DNA of 63,141 nt, filler included, from Rhabdomonas costata (Eukaryota): the NCBI GenBank assembly GCA_019059605.1. It is 33 parts of 33 records of this genome, joined end to end, with 100 filler letters (N's around TTAATTAATTAA, not from the genome) between each part and the next. Parts side by side here need not be neighbours in the genome. Positions count along the whole stretch, not along the records: positions 59,411 to 61,226 come from JAHMHO010008647.1; positions 61,327 to 63,141 come from JAHMHO010008648.1; 31 more parts are not named here. One strand, given 5' to 3'. This document shows positions 60,646 through 63,141 of this stretch, piece after piece. The notes under the pieces are model-generated. The model was given only the letters and a program-made list of their open reading frames with translations, did not search any database and was not told where the DNA came from. A program made the translations under genes and the position numbers. Each line of letters starts with the position of its first letter. The stretch's first letter is position 1.

Positions 60646-62025
60646 CTGCGCACATAGAGACATATAAAATCCATCCACCACCAGCCCCATAGCTATAAAT
60701 TACAGCGAATGGAATTTTTGGTGGAAGACAGTCATTGCCATGCTGCCAGTCGCGGAGACGCTTCCGGAGACTGCACGCTTCTCTTCTCAGGGGAACACGG
60801 TATTCAGGAGGTAGCTTTGGGGCGAAGTTTTCTCCTTCTGTTTTTAAAGCATGGGAGTTGGGTAAACAGTGCCGATTACCTCCAAAATTATGTTGGGTTG
60901 TGGGGTAAGGAATGCTCTTTTTCCGTCACCTGGAGATTGATATAGGGCTTGGGGGTTGACATTGAAAAGTTATGACTGTCACTAGATGGACGACGTGAAG
61001 GAAAAATGGTCCCTGACCTAGTCACTTGTAACTCGAAAGAAGAAGAAGAAGAAGAAAGAAGAAGAAGAAGCATCAGACACGATCTGTGGTGATTAATTTA
61101 TTTGGAGCGTCCGTGTCACTCCCGATCCTCAGCATACCACATCCGTAGTAGTGGAAGGCCCCTCCGTCCATCCAGCACGTGGCGTAGGGGAGACGGTAAT
61201 GGGGAATTACTGTGTAACACCCACCCNNNNNNNNNNNNNNNNNNNNNNNNNNNNNNNNNNNNNNNNNNNNTTAATTAATTAANNNNNNNNNNNNNNNNNN
61301 NNNNNNNNNNNNNNNNNNNNNNNNNNAAGAATGGGGTAGCATTAGGATCAGGAGCCAGCCTGCGGAGTGGCCGGGGGGAACGTTGCCTGGGTGTGGATTA
61401 TGACTACTGGGAAAACCTGTTATTATTATTGAAATTGTTGAACAGGTGGGTTTCTCGCCTTGGTTCACGCCGCTACTCCCCGACAGTGTCAGATGGTTTG
61501 CTCCTTTCCTTTTGAGCTTATTATGGTGGCTCAGTACTGTAATGGTTTATTAATTTTTTTTCTCACGTCGTTTCTCTCTCTATCGCTCGCTGGTTCCAGA
61601 TGTACGTTTCTTTCACCCACCGTCATTTCGCTGTGGACACGATTATTTCACCCACCCAGGAAATGACCAATATTGTCGCTTGCCAAGGTTTCCAACAGCC
61701 GTGACTTCACAGGGAAGGAACTCCTGGACATAAAACCCAGTCGAAATCTACATTGTATACGTCACTGTGCAGACAGGTGATTAGGCCCGAGAGGACTGCT
61801 ATTTTCTCCACAATTATTAGGGACAATTTTATTGGGGGGGGGGCATTAGATGCTTAACGTGTAATCGGTCCTGAGATAAAAAGGTGTTCGCGTTCTGTCA
61901 CACAACCCATGCATCAAAAAATTGGATGAAATTGTGGTGGCCACAACGACATGAAAAAACAATTTAACTTTCCACTACCATCATTGCATCAGAGTCAGAG
62001 GTAAGCTAAGGGTCAAGAATCACCA

Positions 62026-62112
62026 ATGAACGCTAAGAGTCAGGAATACGTGATGATGAACGCTAAGAGTCAGGAATACGTGATGATGAACGCTAAGAGT
62101 CAGGAATACGTG
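62026..62112. repeat. 30-bp tandem repeat x2.9
   Basis: ATGAACGCTAAGAGTCAGGAATACGTGATG repeated without spacers. Confidence 0.95.
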
Positions 62113-62430
62113 TAACCGTGCGCCACTTTGTGTATCCTTCTCCCGTTGGCATTCTCCTTGAATCATGAAGCTGTTTTTTCTCGAGGTTTTTTTTACGAGT
62201 GCAGATACTACGGCTGCATCACATCTCACCTCAGTGTCATCTCATTGCTCTGGCGTGGCGTGGACCTGACATCGAGTTGTTGATGTTGTTTCCGCCAGTT
62301 TGGGTTCTACCAGGACTGTTATTCAATATTTGCTAATTTCTGTGCGTGTCTGTCTTCCTCCCTGGGTTTCTGGCCCAAGCGAGTTCTGAGTGGTGAGGAG
62401 TGGAAAGGGGCAAGCTTCCGTGGTCTCTAA

Positions 62431-63141
62431 ATGGCTATGGCAGATGCACACGCCCCGAACCTGCTAGCCCTCAAGGTGTGCTTATTCCCCCCGCTCACTT
62501 GCACTCTACTCAAATGGAAGCTCAGTAGTGTAGAAAAACAGACAAGGGATTTCCAGAGGCTTAGACAGCAGTCAACAAAAACTGTCCACCTTTTTAAAGT
62601 AACCCAGGAGTTGATTGTCACGGGTTTAGGTGCAGCAGGAGGCGGTGGAGCTTCAGGAGAAGGCCCGGTTGACCCGCCGCCGGGGCGCGATTGTCCTCAT
62701 GCTGCACTTCCTGCTCGAGCACGGCTACCTTCAAACCCTAGAGAAGCTTCAGCAGGTTTTCGCAACACCTCTACTTTGCACACACCCCCATGAAAGGCGA
62801 GGGATACGGGCACCCTGTGGCTGCTATGAGCGCCTAACCACAGGCAGTAGATACCCGACACATGCAATGCTCGGCATTGCAAAAATGAGTGATCATCAGA
62901 GTGCCAGGGCATCCATGTTTTGGCAAGAGCTTACTTAAGGAGCACCAAGGGTTGAAACGAAGGGCGCCCCCTCTACAACCTGTTTCTGCACCCACCCACT
63001 TCCCGTCCCTCAATTTTTGTCCTCCTTTTTGGACAGGAATCTGGAGTGAGTCTTCAGAAGGTCTGTGCGGCCGATAACATGGATCTCCTGACCGTCCTGC
63101 AGGAATACGAGGATTACATCCAGCTGAAATTCGGACAAAAC
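62431..63141 (+). CDS. KATNAL2: Katanin p60 subunit A-like 2, 5' exons 62431-62475, 62630-62755, 63037-63141 (partial)
   Basis: LLALK/VQQEAVELQEKARLTRRRGAIVLMLHFLLEHGYLQTLEKLQQ/ESGVSLQKVCAADNMDLLTVLQEYEDYIQLKFG: LisH motif plus the ADNxDLxxxLxEYExY...KFG block characteristic of KATNAL2. Confidence 0.9.

Noticed and set aside
62026-62112. CRISPR-like 30-bp repeats (also 16-bp repeats at 28931-28978)
   Set aside because: No spacers, no cas genes, eukaryotic context.
1-63141. Euglenid nonconventional (non-GT/GC-AG, end-paired) introns
   Set aside because: Every junction I could reconstruct is explained by GT-AG or GC-AG; such introns cannot be excluded in unresolved genes without transcripts.

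Overview
This is not a contiguous locus. It is 33 unrelated, size-sorted contigs of about 1.81 kb joined by 32 artificial 100-nt linkers (N44-TTAATTAATTAA-N44), so no gene neighbourhood or synteny can be read across linkers. Contig ends carry G/T-only remnants of a whole-genome-amplification primer and several fold-back chimeras. The DNA is an intron-rich eukaryotic nuclear genome. An articulin-type VPV protein, pyrimidine at donor position +4, the cytochrome c C-terminus and multiple class III cyclases point to a euglenid (inference, moderate confidence). Gene fragments reconstructed by hand: kinesin-9 (KIF9/KLP1), HDAC8-like deacetylase, KATNAL2, cytochrome c, macro domain protein, Gfo/Idh/MocA oxidoreductase, two adenylate cyclases, HSP20-domain protein, pICln, Tubby-like protein, FUSC/ALMT-like transporter, articulin, an intronless F-box + 13-LRR protein, a GHPGFAWA glycosyltransferase-like protein and several Cys-rich surface proteins. 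Most noteworthy: (1) a ~570-bp hairpin-packed insertion flanked by a 12-bp direct repeat inside a macro-domain intron; (2) a structured SINE-like element with an invariant 3' stem-loop seen in two contigs; (3) an apparent excess of GC-AG introns with a GCAT donor; (4) an F-box-LRR whose variation is confined to the binding face. I found no CRISPR array, rRNA or complete tRNA, and I cannot establish a multi-gene system from this window.
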